Source: Pelomyxa schiedti (Eukaryota > Protista > Evosea). From it: 64,000 bases of DNA. Location: assembly GCA_020536535.1 (NCBI GenBank), contig JAHLWZ010000800.1, positions 1 to 64,000 of the forward strand, read 5' to 3'. Within the stretch, counting starts at the first letter, position 1. Each line of letters opens with the position of its first letter. The notes beneath the pieces are model-generated. The model did not search any database, was not told where the DNA came from, and saw nothing but the letters and a program-made list of their open reading frames with translations. The position numbers were made by a program, and so were the translations under genes. Positions 61,291 to 64,000 of the stretch are shown piece after piece.

Positions 61291-61548
61291 CAGGGCGGCG
61301 GGAAAAAAGAAACTAAATAGGCAAAGGGAGGAATGAGCCCGCACTTGGACTTTGGAGATAAGAAAAGAATATCTTGAACTGCACTTGTCGAGGATCTGTG
61401 AGATGAATACGCACTGTTGTTGGCATTTTCACCACCCAATGTTGCCAAGGGGATTTGTTGCTTGGCACATGCCATTCTTTTTTTTTTTTGTTTGCTTTTT
61501 TCCTTTCCTCCACGATCACAAAACAAAAAAAAAGGGCTTGCACAGGAG

Positions 61549-62948
61549 ATGTCGTTTCGTACGGTTCTTGCTTTGATGGTCGGTGTGACGGCCTTTTTTG
61601 CGTGTGGTACGGCTGGCTTAACTGGGATAGTGTCGGCTGTGTTTACTCCATTTGATGGTTTGTAAAAGTGCTTTTTTCATCTCCCTTTTAATTGAGGTGT
61701 AGCCGATAACGAGGTGAATTTGGACGTTATCCCTCAACAGGTGTGTGTAGTCTTTTTTTTTTTTTTGCCTTAATTGTGCTGAATTTCCAAATGTAAGGCC
61801 TCTTTGCTTTTGGCAAATGGTATCAACCAAGTCCTAATTTGTGGCACAACTGGGGAGAGGTTAGTGGAAACCTCGAGTTGGCACAATTGGAGCTAATTCC
61901 ATATCACAGTCTCAAATTGACACAATCGGAGCGAATGCTTATAGCGGAGAAATGGTCAGCTGTTGCTGTTTCCTATGGAATGTCAGTGTATGTTCACGTG
62001 GGTGATGCCAGTGTTGTAAATGCACAAGCCCTGGCTGTGCATGCTGCAACGCTTCCGCAGGTACTGGGCATTGTTTCAATGAGTACTGTATTTTTCACTC
62101 CTGTCAAGAGCACTGGTAGGTTGTAGCATTGTCCTTCTTTTCTTTTCTATTTTTTTCTCATGTAAATAAAGCTCTTGTCATTACTATGGATGCCATTGCC
62201 TCAGCAGCTCCTACTCTACCATTTTATTATTACCACATGCCTGATCAAACTCATGTCGATTTTAAGGTATACAGCCGAAAAGACCGGAAAAAGTAGGAAC
62301 TAATGTAATTTTCTAGATGTATGACTTCCTTGTAGAAGTTGATCGTACCCAGCTTCTTCCCACTCTTGCTGGAATCAAAGCGACATATTATGATCTCATG
62401 GACTTCACCATGTGCATTAACTACCAGAACCGATTTGGCAAACACTATGACATGTATATATTTAATTATTTCCTGTTATTCACTCACACTTCTACAGGTT
62501 AATTGGAAGAGATGAAATTCTTCTTGGTGCCCTTGCTATGGGATGCAAGGGTGCTGTTGGTAGCACTTATAACTACATGGGTGGAATAATGCTTGAAATG
62601 TGGAGTGCCTATTCTGCTGGCAACATGACACGGTAAGGAGAGCTTACCAAGCTTTTGTTCTCTCACCGGAATTGAAAAGGGCTCAAGAGCTTCAGAACCA
62701 GAACATTGCAATGGTGAATATCCTACATCAGTATTCCAACAAAGGACAGGAAGCCGGAAAGGCAACAATGGAGCTCTTTGGTACAAACTCTATCACCCCA
62801 AATAAAAATAGAAATCCTACTCAATGAAACCCTAATGGCACAAACAGGTGTCCCGGTTGGGCAACCAAGACTTCCTAATTACCCCTTCTCAGAGGCAGAC
62901 TACACCAACCTTCAGGCCCAACTTCAATCAATTGGCTTGTTACCTTGA
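61549..62948 (+). CDS. NPL: N-acetylneuraminate lyase (NanA/NPL, DHDPS family) with predicted signal peptide
   Basis: GIVSAVFTPF, ICGTTGE|SLKLTQSER, VYVHVG, PFYYYHMP, GIKATY (Schiff-base Lys), GRDEILLGALAMGCKGAVGSTYNY, GQPRLP; hydrophobic leader MSFRTVLALMVGVTAFFACGTAG. Confidence 0.85.
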
Positions 62949-63017
62949 ATTGCCGTATTTGTGTACCTCAAAAGGAAAAAACTGCAACAAAATACAATAG
63001 TTTTAATACAACAATTT

Positions 63018-64000
63018 TCACATGAAAATTGTTTGTCTGGCTTCAATTTTTGCCCTGCAAACCGGGCATAGGCTCACTGCTTCAGCACACGTGGAACACA
63101 GACAACCGTGCCCACAGGGTGCAAGCCTGGTATTCCTTGGTCTCTCCCAGCAAACTTTGCATATCCCGAGGTCTCTGAGGCATCCTTGCGGTAACATTGC
63201 CACAGGGGAGTTTGGGTTGCACGGCTTTGCGGAAGGTGAAGATACTGCACTGACTGTGGAGACAGAGGGTGACCCAACGAGGTCTTGAAGTAGTAGGGAT
63301 ATGGTTTGAACTTTGGCGATATGAGCATGTGCGGACATTACTCGCGGAAGGATATGGTCAATAATTTCCGGAGTGATCGGACTGGTTGGTTGTGGGAAAG
63401 TCAATTGGGACGAGGTTGTACTCCTAGCAGTGGGGTGCCGGGCCGAGAGGGATTTGAGTATGACACTTGTTGCATGAGTTTTGTTCAGCTCTCCCACAGT
63501 CTTCAACATTGCATCATGGGTTTCCTGAAGATTTTCAATGGTTTCTGTTTGCCTTGCAAGTTCCTGAAATGTAGAGAAGGTTGCGGGTGTGGGTTTCAAG
63601 GCCGTCTCAAGGTTGGCATGTGACAGACTATCCAACTTGTGCTTGATCCCACTTAAATCGATAGGGGCCATCTGCAGTTGAACGCGGATTTCAGATGTTT
63701 TACGCAACAACTCTGCATGCTTAGTCACTAGTCCCTCAACTGGCTGAAAGGATTTAGCTTTGAAGTTTTGTCACTAGTAATGTAACCTTCAAAACAGGTA
63801 GAATATTTGTCTGTGGTTCGGGTTTTACTCCCAACGAAAGATTTTTCATGATAGTTTCAATTCGTTCCCCTGCACCCTTAAGAGCTGCATCCCCAGATTC
63901 TGGTGTGAGATCCTCACCAAGAATTTTTTTCTGTTCCATGTCCTTTTTTGGGGATCAGGTGGAGTTTAAAAGACAACCTCCTCACTTCCTCATCCTTCTT
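63018..64000 (-). CDS. Coiled-coil protein with C-terminal IAP/MDM2-type RING; 5' end lies beyond the window
   Basis: CKVCWERPRNTRLAPCGHGCLCSTCAEAVSLCPVCRAKIEARQTIFM*. Confidence 0.8.

Noticed and set aside
1-64000. Functional clustering of ubiquitin-system genes (TRIM-like, RBR, F-box, RING)
   Set aside because: These families are typically large in amoeboid protists, so this density is not clearly above background without a genome-wide count.

Overview
Gene-dense eukaryotic (protist-like) genomic DNA with many short spliceosomal introns (mostly about 40-100 nt) and intergenic gaps often under 200 bp. The standard genetic code is used. Style and gene content suggest an amoebozoan, possibly an anaerobic archamoeba (inference only). 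About 22 genes were reconstructed by eye across introns: AP-3 beta adaptin; a TRIM-like RING/B-box/FN3/Gly-rich protein with an in-frame TAA; an SDR; a head-to-head pair (a 'GRALSKH...GFLEP' toxin/RNase-like domain protein and a 1164-aa vWA/RING-like protein); a ~14 kb gene encoding about 25 tandem copine-type C2 domains; an RRM-RBR E3 ligase; a domesticated BED-hAT transposase; a Rab; a probable single-chain LCB2-LCB1 serine palmitoyltransferase; a Ras-PH-ArfGAP-ankyrin protein; an F-box/pseudo-GTPase/CaaX protein; a low-complexity protein carrying a captured copy of the fumarase catalytic loop; a ZZ-ZZ-GNAT acetyltransferase; class II fumarase; two tandem Ser/Glu-stalk surface proteins; an APC polyamine-type transporter; acylphosphatase; a signal-peptide-bearing N-acetylneuraminate lyase; and a truncated RING E3. 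No rRNA, tRNA or CRISPR array was seen. Exon boundaries, counts and family calls come from manual reading and motif recall, not from searches.
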